The notes under the pieces: model-generated
Seen by the model: the letters and a program-made list of their open reading frames with translations, nothing else
Database searches by the model: none
What the model was told of the DNA's origin: nothing
Position numbers and translations under genes: made by a program
DNA from: Candidatus Geocrenenecus arthurdayi
Lineage (GTDB): Archaea; Thermoproteota; Nitrososphaeria_A; Caldarchaeales; Wolframiiraptoraceae
Direction of reading: 5' to 3'
Assembly: GCA_023539395.1 (NCBI GenBank)
Contig: JAKCEX010000004.1
Coordinates: forward strand, 158-64,157
Length of the DNA stretch: 64,000 nucleotides
Shown here: positions 48,304 to 57,587 of the stretch, piece after piece
Position numbering within the stretch: the stretch's first letter is position 1
How the letters are laid out: each line of letters begins with the position of its first letter

Positions 48304-48956
48304 TCTTTCTCAAGTACTACTACTTCTACTTTTGCCTTCTTCTTAAATTCTTCAGCATCCTTGATACTTCCAACTATCGCTCCATAATGCATAGGTATAG
48401 CAATCTTAGGCTTAAATTCATTTACTGCTTGAGCTGCTTCATCCGCAGTCATTACGAATGTTCCACTAACAGGTATTAATGCGACATCCACTTTTAAGTC
48501 CTTCATCTCAGGAATGAAATCTGTATCTCCAGCATGGTATATTTTAACTCCACCTACTTCAATTATGTATCCAACTCCACCAGCCATCTTAGGATGATAT
48601 ACAACGCCAGGCTCTCTAAACTTATTAACATTGTATGCAGAAATAACCTTTACGCCTACTCCTGAAACCTCTAGCTCGTCTCCAGGCTTAACAAACTTTA
48701 TCAAGCCTGTTTTCAGAGAGCTAATCTGTTTCTTACAGGGTTCTGCAGCTATAATCTCTGTATCTGCTGTAGCTATTTTTCTTAAGTCATCTAAGCTGAG
48801 ATGGTCGAAATGATCATGAGATATAAATATGTGTGTTGCTTTTTCTTTCGGCTTTATCTTGTATGGGTCAAAGTATATCCTCTTATCAGAATGCTTGACA
48901 TAAAAAGAATCATGCCCAAGCCAGCTAATCTCAACTCCCTGATACACATATGGCAT
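48300..48956 (-). CDS. UPF0173-type metal-dependent hydrolase (MBL fold)
   Basis: ISWLGHDSF N-terminus, ISHDHFDH and HAGDT. Start taken at the Met at 48956; the ORF extends to 49022. Confidence 0.8.
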   Translation of the reverse strand: MPYVYQGVEISWLGHDSFYVKHSDKRIYFDPYKIKPKEKATHIFISHDHFDHLSLDDLRKIATADTEIIAAEPCKKQISSLKTGLIKFVKPGDELEVSGVGVKVISAYNVNKFREPGVVYHPKMAGGVGYIIEVGGVKIYHAGDTDFIPEMKDLKVDVALIPVSGTFVMTADEAAQAVNEFKPKIAIPMHYGAIVGSIKDAEEFKKKAKVEVVVLEKE

Positions 48957-49106
48957 ACAATAACGATTCACATACTCTCTTAAAAAACTTCCTAATCTAC
49001 TAATATAGCATACAGCTCGCACATATAATTAATTAACTAGCTAACGGATAAGGAAAGTAGGATATTAAGATATTTGAATTGGATAAACCAATGGCACTAC
49101 ATGAAA

Positions 49107-49853
49107 ATGATGATTGATGTTCACTGTCATCTCACAGATAATGTCTTCCAAGATAGACTTGACGAGATAATTAATGAAGCGAAGAAAGTTGGAGTACAAG
49201 CATTTATTAGTTCAAGCCTTGGATTTAAAGATTCCATAAAGCTTCTTGAATTAAGCGATTACAAAACTATCTATCCCTCAATCGGTCTCATGCCATACCA
49301 ATTGGAAGACTATGAAGAAGTAGTAGAATTGATTGAAAAGAACTCAGATAAGATAATTGCAATTGGTGAAGTTGGATTAGACTACCATCCCTCAATAAAT
49401 GTTGATAAGAACATACAGGAGAAAATCTTTGCAGAGTTTATTGAGCTTGCCAGAAGACTCAATCTACCATTAATAGTCCATTCTAGATCTGCAGGCAAAT
49501 ACGCTTTGCAAATACTGTTTAAACATAATGCTGAAAGAACGATAATGCATGCTTTTGACGGTTCTGCATCTCATGCTGAAGAAGCAGTAAAGAAAGGATA
49601 TTACTTTAGCATCCCACCTTCGATAGCTAGAAGCCAACAGAAACAAAAAATAGTAAAAAGAATACCTTTAGAAAACCTCCTACTTGAGTCCGATGCACCT
49701 GCTCTATCACCAGTCCCAGGAGAAATCAATAAGCCATCAAACATTAGGATTTCAGCAGAATGGATAAGTAAGCTGAAATCTCTCTCCATTGATAAAGTTG
49801 AGGAAAAGACGACAGAAAATGCACAATTAATCTTCAAGATAAAAATAATCTAG
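49107..49853 (+). CDS. tatD: TatD-family metal-dependent hydrolase/DNase
   Basis: IDVHCHL, GEVGLDY, VHSR, HAF.G and ESDAP motifs. Confidence 0.85.
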   Translation: MMIDVHCHLTDNVFQDRLDEIINEAKKVGVQAFISSSLGFKDSIKLLELSDYKTIYPSIGLMPYQLEDYEEVVELIEKNSDKIIAIGEVGLDYHPSINVDKNIQEKIFAEFIELARRLNLPLIVHSRSAGKYALQILFKHNAERTIMHAFDGSASHAEEAVKKGYYFSIPPSIARSQQKQKIVKRIPLENLLLESDAPALSPVPGEINKPSNIRISAEWISKLKSLSIDKVEEKTTENAQLIFKIKII

Positions 49854-50214
49854 AGTATTTGATACTAGCAGGATTTGTATTACGATATTCTTAACACCAT
49901 GATCAAGGATTAAGATAATATAGTGAAAACCATAAACTTAGGTCAGCTAGTGAACATCGGTAAGAGGATAAAATACTGACACCTAGCTTCAGCATCCGAA
50001 TGAGGAAGTGATAAGGTCATCAATGTATAAAGCATTTCAAGAGTAGCATATTCTATCTTCCTTCTTTAAATAGATTTCAACATCTTCATCTAACCTTCTT
50101 ATTGAATAATCAATTCTCAACGACATTATCCACATCATCGTATTGTAATTACTTCTTGAAATAAAAAGAAAAAACTAATAGGTTGGAATAAGATTAAAGT
50201 CTCAGGTGAAGTAA

Positions 50215-51210
50215 ATGAGTCTAGAAACAGTTACAACACTCCCATGGGTTGAGAAGTATAGACCAAAAACACTAAATGATGTAGTCAACCAAGAAGAAGT
50301 AATTACAAGTTTAAAGAATATCCTAAAAACGAAGGCCGTTCCACATATGCTTTTCGCAGGCCCCCCAGGAGTAGGCAAAACAGCAACAGCACATGCTTTT
50401 GCAAGAGACCTGTATGGACCAAACTACATAGAGGATGGATGGTTTGTAGAGATTAACGCAAGCGATGAAAGAGGGATTCAAACTATTAGAGATAAGGTTA
50501 AGATGTTTGCTCGGCAGATCCCTATGGGAGGAGAGGTTGGTTTCAAGATACTCTTGCTTGATGAGAGTGACCAGTTGACGGATGATGCTCAACATGCTTT
50601 TAGAAGGGTTATGGAGCAGTATTCAAGTACTTGTAGATTTATCTTGGCAGCAAATTATAGTAATAGGATTATTGAGCCTATACAGAGTAGATGCGCAGTT
50701 TTCAGGTTTAGACCATTACTAAAGAAAGATATTATCGGAAGGATAAAGTGGATCGCTGAACAAGAAAAGCTTGAAGTAGATGATGCAGCTCTGGAGACAA
50801 TATACGAGTTCTGTGAAGGAGATATGAGGAGAGCAATAAACACTCTACAAGCAGCTGCTTCTATATCTCGTAAAATAGATGAGAAGACGATCTACTATAT
50901 CTTAGGTTATGTAAGTAGAGGGGAGATTAGAAAAATACTTGAATTAGCAATGAGTGGAAACTTTATACAAGCAAGAGATGAGTTAAGAAAGTTAATCTAC
51001 GTGCAAGGGCTAGCAGGCTCAGATATAGTCTCAGCAATATATCGTGAATTATTCTATCTAGACCTAAGTGAAGAAGATAAACTTGAATTAATCGACCTAC
51101 TCGGGGAAGTAGACTATAGAATGGCTGAGGGAGGAACAGAAGAAGTCCAGCTTATGGCCTTCTTAGCTAGGCTCGCAGCTAAATCAAAGAAGGTTAACGT
51201 AGGGAGATAG
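50215..51210 (+). CDS. rfcS: Replication factor C small subunit
   Basis: PWVEKYRPK RFC box II, GPPGVGKT, DESD and the SRC motif (QSRCAVFRF). Confidence 0.93.
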   Translation: MSLETVTTLPWVEKYRPKTLNDVVNQEEVITSLKNILKTKAVPHMLFAGPPGVGKTATAHAFARDLYGPNYIEDGWFVEINASDERGIQTIRDKVKMFARQIPMGGEVGFKILLLDESDQLTDDAQHAFRRVMEQYSSTCRFILAANYSNRIIEPIQSRCAVFRFRPLLKKDIIGRIKWIAEQEKLEVDDAALETIYEFCEGDMRRAINTLQAAASISRKIDEKTIYYILGYVSRGEIRKILELAMSGNFIQARDELRKLIYVQGLAGSDIVSAIYRELFYLDLSEEDKLELIDLLGEVDYRMAEGGTEEVQLMAFLARLAAKSKKVNVGR

Positions 51211-51212
51211 AG

Positions 51213-52517
51213 ATGCCTCAACTCTGGACGGAAAAGTATAGGCCGAAGAAGGTAGCTGAAGTAGTAGGTAATCAAGATTCCGTGAAAGCTTTCCTAGAAT
51301 GGATGAAGAGTTGGGAGATTGGGAATCCAGCTAAGAAAGCTGCACTACTTTATGGACCTGCAGGTGTAGGTAAGACGAGCCTAGTATTAGCTTATGGGAG
51401 AGAGTATGGATACGATGTAGTTGAAGTTAACGCTAGCGATTGGAGGAATGAAGAGAAGATGAAAGCAGTAGTGGGAGAATCATCCCAGTATGCTTCTCTA
51501 GATGGATACTCAAAAAAGATAATACTCGTAGATGAAGTAGATGGGATAGCGGGTAGAGAAGATGCTGGAGGAATATCAGCATTGAGGAAGATAATTAATG
51601 AAACAAGAGTACCAATAGTAATGGTTGCAAACAACCCATGGGATCAGAAACTAGCACCTATTAGAGAGCAGTCAGTAATGATAGAATTTAAGAGGCTCAG
51701 TAAAACCGCAATTACTAAGAGATTAAAAGAAATCTGTGAAAGAGAAGGGATAAAAGTCCCAGATGATGTACTAAGTAAGCTTGCTGAAAGATCAGAAGGA
51801 GACCTAAGGTCAGCTATAATGGATCTACAGGCAGTTGCTGCTGGAAAGAATACTCTTACTGAAAAAGACCTAGAAGTATTAGGTGAAAGAAATAGAGTTA
51901 AAGAAATATTTGAAGCTTTAAGATATATCTTCTATGCAAAATCTATTAGAGGTGCTAGAGCAGCCATAGAAGGTTTAGAGCTGGAACCTCAAGCAATCTA
52001 TACATGGATACTTGATAATGCTCCCACGCAGATAACTGAGCCAGATGAACTAGCTCAAGCTTTTGATTTACTTGCGAGAGCTGATATATATTTCGCAAGA
52101 ATAGAGAAACTCCAAATGTGGAGATTAATGAAGTATGCTATTCCAATGATGACTGGAGGGGTTGCAGTAGCAAGAAGAACACCGCCTAAAGGTTTTCAGA
52201 AATTCACTTTCCCCCACAAGATTAGACTCTTCCAGCAATATAAGAATGAAAGAGAGATTAGGCAAAGTATAGCATGGAAGATTGCTTCTAAACTCCACCT
52301 CTCTTCATACAAAGCAGGTAAAGAGATGCTCCCATACATCGGCTTCATAATATCCCGTTCAGATAAATCAAAACCAAGAATAGTTGAATACTTTGAATTT
52401 ACAGATGAAGAAGTTGGATACTTAAAGAAAATATACGGTGAAGTGGAAGAAAAGAAAGAAGAGATTAAAGAAGTAAAAGTTAAGAAGCCAGTAAAGCATT
52501 CTAGAGGAAAGTCTTGA
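51213..52517 (+). CDS. rfcL: Replication factor C large subunit
   Basis: LWTEKYRPK, GPAGVGKTS, VDEVDG and a Lys-rich C-terminal tail. It starts 2 nt after the rfcS stop. Confidence 0.9.
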   Translation: MPQLWTEKYRPKKVAEVVGNQDSVKAFLEWMKSWEIGNPAKKAALLYGPAGVGKTSLVLAYGREYGYDVVEVNASDWRNEEKMKAVVGESSQYASLDGYSKKIILVDEVDGIAGREDAGGISALRKIINETRVPIVMVANNPWDQKLAPIREQSVMIEFKRLSKTAITKRLKEICEREGIKVPDDVLSKLAERSEGDLRSAIMDLQAVAAGKNTLTEKDLEVLGERNRVKEIFEALRYIFYAKSIRGARAAIEGLELEPQAIYTWILDNAPTQITEPDELAQAFDLLARADIYFARIEKLQMWRLMKYAIPMMTGGVAVARRTPPKGFQKFTFPHKIRLFQQYKNEREIRQSIAWKIASKLHLSSYKAGKEMLPYIGFIISRSDKSKPRIVEYFEFTDEEVGYLKKIYGEVEEKKEEIKEVKVKKPVKHSRGKS

Positions 52518-52564
52518 TGGAACAAGATATACTTGAGAATTTCTATCTAGTTATTATTTTCTCC

Positions 52565-53737
52565 TCATTGTTTTGCCTGTTTACTCGGTAGGAGAGGTAT
52601 CAGCTCTTTCTTCAATATAGATGTTGGAATACCTGGTAGAGAAATATAGGATTTCCTACCTTTAGAACCTTCACTTACAACTCTTATCTTTATTATCCCA
52701 AGGTCATCAAGTCTTTGGAGTGCTTCCCAGAAGCTCGTATACGATCTAGGTTCTACATCATATTCTTCACAAACCATCTTATAGTAATCATTTAATATGC
52801 TTGAAGTAACATATGCGGATTTTTCAATATCTAGAGCTTGAGCTAAAGCTAATAGTATAAGCTTAGAATGTTGTTCAAGAAACTCTAAGTGTTCTCTCCT
52901 GATAGTGGGGTAAACACTTGCAGCAGCTTTCCTCACATGTTCAGGTGCTACTTGAGAAGCATTCTCAGCTTCAGCATATTTCCCTGCTCTCCATAATATA
53001 TCTAAAGCATACCTTGCATCTCCCCTCTCACTTGCAATATCTGCAATTAATTGTATTGCATCTTCCATTAGTACATCAGGTCTAAAAGCTAGAGATGCTC
53101 TATACTTTACTATATCATATAATTGGCTATAATCGTACTCTTTTAGATGGATTATATTTCCTAAAAGACTACTTCTCGTACTTGCATCAAGTGTATCGAG
53201 TATCTCAGGGTTTCTAAATATGAATATAGTGGATATTCTTGGAATCTTTAATCTTTCTTCTCCAACTCTAGAGAATAGGTAGAATGGTTCTGAACCTTCT
53301 TCTCTTAATAGCATCTCAACCTCGTCTAGAGCTAAGATAGCATAAGATCCCTTGTATTCAAGGTGGTCTAGAAGTTTATGGATAAACTCTTCATTTGATA
53401 ATCCTCTCTCAGGTAGTCTAGCTTTCAATTGTTCTATCAGCTTCCTCAATACCGAGAAGGTAGTTTTACTTATCCTACAATTTACATATAGAAACTTCAA
53501 GTCTACTCCTTTCTTCGAGGCTTCTGATACAGCTTTCTGACCAAACAATTTAACTAATGCACTTTTACCTGTCCCAACAGATCCTGAAACGATAACCCTG
53601 GTAGAGATCGATGGTGTACCATCAATAACACTACTGAAAAATGTCTTTAACATATTCAGCTCATTCTCACGATGTGGAAGATTTGGGGGAACATACTCTG
53701 GTGAAAGCTTCTCTTCATCTTTAAATATCTTCATCAC
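52565..53737 (-). CDS. cdc6: Orc1/Cdc6 replication initiator
   Basis: L.HRE.E, Walker A motif GSVGTGKS, Walker B motif LALDEV, and a C-terminal winged helix (ALQRLDDLGIIK). Confidence 0.92.
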   Translation of the reverse strand: MMKIFKDEEKLSPEYVPPNLPHRENELNMLKTFFSSVIDGTPSISTRVIVSGSVGTGKSALVKLFGQKAVSEASKKGVDLKFLYVNCRISKTTFSVLRKLIEQLKARLPERGLSNEEFIHKLLDHLEYKGSYAILALDEVEMLLREEGSEPFYLFSRVGEERLKIPRISTIFIFRNPEILDTLDASTRSSLLGNIIHLKEYDYSQLYDIVKYRASLAFRPDVLMEDAIQLIADIASERGDARYALDILWRAGKYAEAENASQVAPEHVRKAAASVYPTIRREHLEFLEQHSKLILLALAQALDIEKSAYVTSSILNDYYKMVCEEYDVEPRSYTSFWEALQRLDDLGIIKIRVVSEGSKGRKSYISLPGIPTSILKKELIPLLPSKQAKQ

Positions 53738-53802
53738 TACTGTATAGATGAAAACGGATAGATATAAGCTAATTCATCCTAAAAGTAGCTTGTTAAATCT
53801 TG

Positions 53803-54768
53803 TTATTTGGTTAGGTACTTCCATGATAGAATTATGCCTACTGTAGAGAGAGTTGCAGCAAAGGCTGTCAGATATACGAAATCCATTAGTAAAGTTAAGT
53901 AGTTTGTTTGATATATAGTGAGTTGGCGGAGAGCATCGGTTATATAGCTTACAGGATTTATGGATGCGATACCTTGAAGCCAATTAGGCATTATTTTAGT
54001 TGGGAAGAATGCATTACTCGTAAACATTAATGGCATAGTGAATAGGTTTACTATTGCCATTTGTGTTTCATGCCTAGTAGATCGTAAAGCAAAAGCTAAG
54101 AAGAGAGATGATAAACCAGTCGAGAAGAGGAAGATAGCTAAGTAGACTGCTAGTAGATTTAGCAAGCTAAATGTTGAACTAAATCTTATTCCTAAGAATA
54201 TAGCTAAACCGAGGATTATTGTTGACTGGAAGATAGACCGTACAGCTGCATTAAATACTTTAGACAATATTATAGCTGACCTTGGAACTGGTGTACTTAA
54301 TACCTTATATAGGAATCCAAGCCTTCTATCCCATACAATAGACATTCCAGAGAATGTTGAAGTAAATATTGTTATCATGGAGATCATTCCTATAGCTAGA
54401 TAACTGAAGTAATCGGAGACACCGAAGACCGACTCCATGGCTTTCAAACTAATCGCCGATAGAGTGCTCCTAAGATTCTCTACGATTACATAGTTAGGTA
54501 TAGTTATTACACCATCTATTTGTGGATTCAATAAGCTGCCGGGAATCCTTATGTCTGGAATATTTATCTCATCTAGTATAGCGGGTGAGAAGATTCCCGC
54601 AATATTCATTGATTTACCGAATAAGACCATCCACATAATTGGCTGTACTATAGCCATAAATAGGATTATCGGTTCTTTCATCCATTTCTTAAGTTCTCTA
54701 CCTGTTAAACCCCAGAATCCCTGGAGCATTGCCTTAAGCTTAACTCCATCATACGGTTTTAACGTCAT
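53803..54768 (-). CDS. ABC-2 type exporter permease
   Basis: 321 aa, 6 TM helices with a large first extracytoplasmic loop. Overlaps the ATPase gene by 4 nt. Confidence 0.8.
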   Translation of the reverse strand: MTLKPYDGVKLKAMLQGFWGLTGRELKKWMKEPIILFMAIVQPIMWMVLFGKSMNIAGIFSPAILDEINIPDIRIPGSLLNPQIDGVITIPNYVIVENLRSTLSAISLKAMESVFGVSDYFSYLAIGMISMITIFTSTFSGMSIVWDRRLGFLYKVLSTPVPRSAIILSKVFNAAVRSIFQSTIILGLAIFLGIRFSSTFSLLNLLAVYLAIFLFSTGLSSLFLAFALRSTRHETQMAIVNLFTMPLMFTSNAFFPTKIMPNWLQGIASINPVSYITDALRQLTIYQTNYLTLLMDFVYLTAFAATLSTVGIILSWKYLTK

Positions 54769-55769
54769 CTCCTCGCCCTCCTTAATGTAATCCTCTGAGA
54801 CATTATTGTTTCTCTAGCCTCTTCCGAATCTCTCATAGCTCTACCAGTGTATGTTAAGAAGACTTCATCTAATGTCGGTTTACTGATTGAGAGTTTTATG
54901 ACATGGTATCCCTTCTGTCTGAGATGATCAATAATGAGAGGAGCTGCTACTTCTCCATTTCCTAGTCTCACTATATATGATCCATCATTCCTCCTTCTAA
55001 CTTCTTTAACGTAGTCTATGTCCTTGAGTATGTTTGTAACATCATCTCCTTCCTTTATTATGACCTCCATAATATCGCTACCTATTGAATTCTTTAATTC
55101 CTGAGGTGTCCCTGTAATCACGATCTTTCCATAATCGATTATCGCTATTCTATCGCATAGGCTATCCGCTTCTTCCATGTAATGCGTTGTCATAAGTATA
55201 GTCATATCGTATTCCTCCTTCAATCTCTTAATGTAATTCCATATAGCTGACCTAGTTTGAACATCCAAGCCTAGAGTAGGTTCATCTAGAAATAATACTT
55301 TAGGTCTATTGATGAGGCCACATGCAAGCTCTAATCTCCTCCTCATCCCACCAGAATATGTTTCAACCTTTTTATCTTTGAATCTCATTAACTCCATAAG
55401 TTCTAGAAGCTCAATCGCACGTTTCTTCGAGATATCTCTAGGTATCCCATATAAGTCCCCGCATAAAATTATATTTTCATATCCTGTGAGGTCTTCATCA
55501 GCTGTATATTCTTGGGGGACTATCCCTATTAACCTCCTAACTATGCTTGCATGTTTGACGACATCATATCCTAGTATGAATGCTCTGCCTTCAGTAGGTT
55601 TTAGAATGGTTGTCAGCATATTAATGGTCGTTGTTTTACCTGCACCGTTAGGACCAAGTAAACCGAATATCTCACCTCTCTTAACGTTAAAGGAAATGTG
55701 ATCTACGGCAACTAAGTTTCTATTAAAAATCTTTGTTAAGTTTTCAACTATTATAACATCTTCAGTCAT
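54765..55769 (-). CDS. ABC exporter ATP-binding protein (DrrA/CcmA-like)
   Basis: GPNGAGKTT, YSGGMRRRL, LFLDEPTLGLD and TTHYMEE, plus a C-terminal regulatory domain. Confidence 0.9.
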   Translation of the reverse strand: MTEDVIIVENLTKIFNRNLVAVDHISFNVKRGEIFGLLGPNGAGKTTTINMLTTILKPTEGRAFILGYDVVKHASIVRRLIGIVPQEYTADEDLTGYENIILCGDLYGIPRDISKKRAIELLELMELMRFKDKKVETYSGGMRRRLELACGLINRPKVLFLDEPTLGLDVQTRSAIWNYIKRLKEEYDMTILMTTHYMEEADSLCDRIAIIDYGKIVITGTPQELKNSIGSDIMEVIIKEGDDVTNILKDIDYVKEVRRRNDGSYIVRLGNGEVAAPLIIDHLRQKGYHVIKLSISKPTLDEVFLTYTGRAMRDSEEARETIMSQRITLRRARR

Positions 55770-56349
55770 CCGTTTCCCCCTCTATTTCCTTTTCTAATTC
55801 TCCAAGTCTAGAAGTTGCATCTTTTAAGACCTTTATAGCTGATTCAACATATTCTTTACCATTTTTTTCACGTAATTTAGCTTCTAGACTAAAGAATGCC
55901 TGCATAAAGTTTTTCAATGCGTTGATTAGCTCACGTCTCTCATCACTACAACTTTTATAGAAAGCTAAGTCTAGAAAGTATGGTGCAAACACTCTCCAAG
56001 ACGTAGTCATGAATGCTTTAACCTTTCTTTGTTCTTCAAGGAGTTTTCTACCTTTCTCTGTTAAAGTATACCTCTTTATACCAGCTTCATCGCTTTGAGT
56101 TTCTTTTATGTATCCTCTACTTTTTAACCATTCAAGCAGCGGGTAAATCGAGCCTGGGCTAGGTCTCCATAAACCTCCACTATGCTCTTCAACTAAATCC
56201 ATTATCTCAGAACCAGACCTAGGTTCCTTAGATAGTATCTCTAGTACATAATATCTTAGTAACCCCTTAGGAGCTACAGCCATATGCTTCATCCAATGCT
56301 TCCAATGTCTTAATATAGGCCACATGATTATCGATATCGATATCGTCAT
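55762..56349 (-). CDS. PadR-family transcriptional regulator
   Basis: LLRYYVLEILSKEPRSGSEIMDLV....GLWRPSPGSIYPLLEWLKSRGYI winged helix. Overlaps the ABC ATPase gene by 8 nt. Confidence 0.85.
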   Translation of the reverse strand: MTISISIIMWPILRHWKHWMKHMAVAPKGLLRYYVLEILSKEPRSGSEIMDLVEEHSGGLWRPSPGSIYPLLEWLKSRGYIKETQSDEAGIKRYTLTEKGRKLLEEQRKVKAFMTTSWRVFAPYFLDLAFYKSCSDERRELINALKNFMQAFFSLEAKLREKNGKEYVESAIKVLKDATSRLGELEKEIEGETDD

Positions 56350-56789
56350 CGATATATTTAACCATATCTCTTCTTCAAGATTTTGGGTTTATAGAAAATT
56401 TAGAATTAAGGAAGCAGATTAACTAATTAACCAATGTTAGAAACGTAACTCTAAAAACCTAAAATTAGTTCGAAAACCTAAAGCAGAAATTCTCTTAAGA
56501 AGATTAGTATCATCTCTAAGGTCTATGAAAGATTAGATGATAAGCTTTAAGGAATAGCTGAGGTTGAAAGCTTCCAAGCAAGAGCAATTATACAAGAAGC
56601 AGCCTTGATTTCATATGGGTTAGCTGTGGAAGAATGAGAAAACTGGTAGAACACATGTAGATAACCTAAGCAATTAGAATTGTCTTAGACGATGTATATG
56701 TTAGAGACCTAAGAAGAAAATATCTTCTAAAGTAAAATAGTAAAGCAGTATACGGTCAAGATGTTTTAACTATTGTTGGATACGGTATA

Positions 56790-56886
<97 letters not shown>

Positions 56887-56923
56887 TATGTATTATTGTC
56901 ATCTAGGTTGTATTTTTGCTTAA

Positions 56924-56937
56924 CTTTAAATTTTCGC
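56924..56937 (-). promoter_or_regulatory. BRE/TATA promoter (GCGAAAA-TTTAAAG) for the tRNA
   Basis: Lies 37 nt upstream of the mature tRNA 5' end and has the same BRE/TATA architecture as the promoter at 10870. Confidence 0.45.
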
Positions 56938-57051
56938 TAGATTTCCAGGGCATTCCAAAGTATTTAATAGAAGATTTTCCTCGTCTGCTCCATTTTCAGC
57001 TAAGTCTCTCTGTAGATAAATTCAACCAATTATATCTATGTTCTAGAGAAG

Positions 57052-57585
57052 ATGGGGGTCGAAGTCGTAATAGAAGAATTTAGGAAGCTTCTTGAGCTTA
57101 TTAAGTTAGAGTATGATAATTCTGAGAAGAAGGTCGTCTTACTTAAGGATGTTCAGAAGCTCGTTCTCCCAGGTCAAATCTTTGAGAATTTAAGGAGGGG
57201 GACCACGTTAATTGTTAGTAAGTGGGCAGCATCTAAACTCTATGAAGCAGGCATAGTTGAGTATGGAGATAAAGTCGTAGATTTAAAAAATTTAATACAA
57301 CTAGAATGGAAGGAAAAGAATAATCCAGGGGAATTACAGGAATTGCCGAGATATTTCTATTTAATGATAAGAGAAGACGCAGATAAACTTGACCAGAATA
57401 TAAAGAATATCATTGTAGACGTAATCTCACTAAGACTTAACAAGATACTCGGGTTCGCTTCTAAAAGAATCGATGCAAGCTTAGTAGAGAATCTTACAAG
57501 GGAAGAGACACTCCTCTATGAAATAATTAGAGGTTTAATTGATGAATGGTTAAGGTTTATCTCACCAATAGGAGGGGCTAGGTAG
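57052..57585 (+). CDS. GINS subunit candidate (Gins23-like by synteny)
   Basis: 177-aa helical protein ending 2 nt before the MCM start. In Sulfolobus, gins23 sits directly upstream of mcm. The sequence evidence on its own is weak. Confidence 0.5.
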   Translation: MGVEVVIEEFRKLLELIKLEYDNSEKKVVLLKDVQKLVLPGQIFENLRRGTTLIVSKWAASKLYEAGIVEYGDKVVDLKNLIQLEWKEKNNPGELQELPRYFYLMIREDADKLDQNIKNIIVDVISLRLNKILGFASKRIDASLVENLTREETLLYEIIRGLIDEWLRFISPIGGAR

Positions 57586-57587
57586 AG

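Noticed and set aside
50037-50138. 33-aa minus-strand ORF (MMWIMSLRIDYSIRRLDEDVEIYLKKEDRICYS) upstream of rfcS with a faint ribbon-helix-helix flavour
   Set aside because: It is too short for a complete RHH domain, has no expression signals that I can identify, and conservation cannot be tested here.
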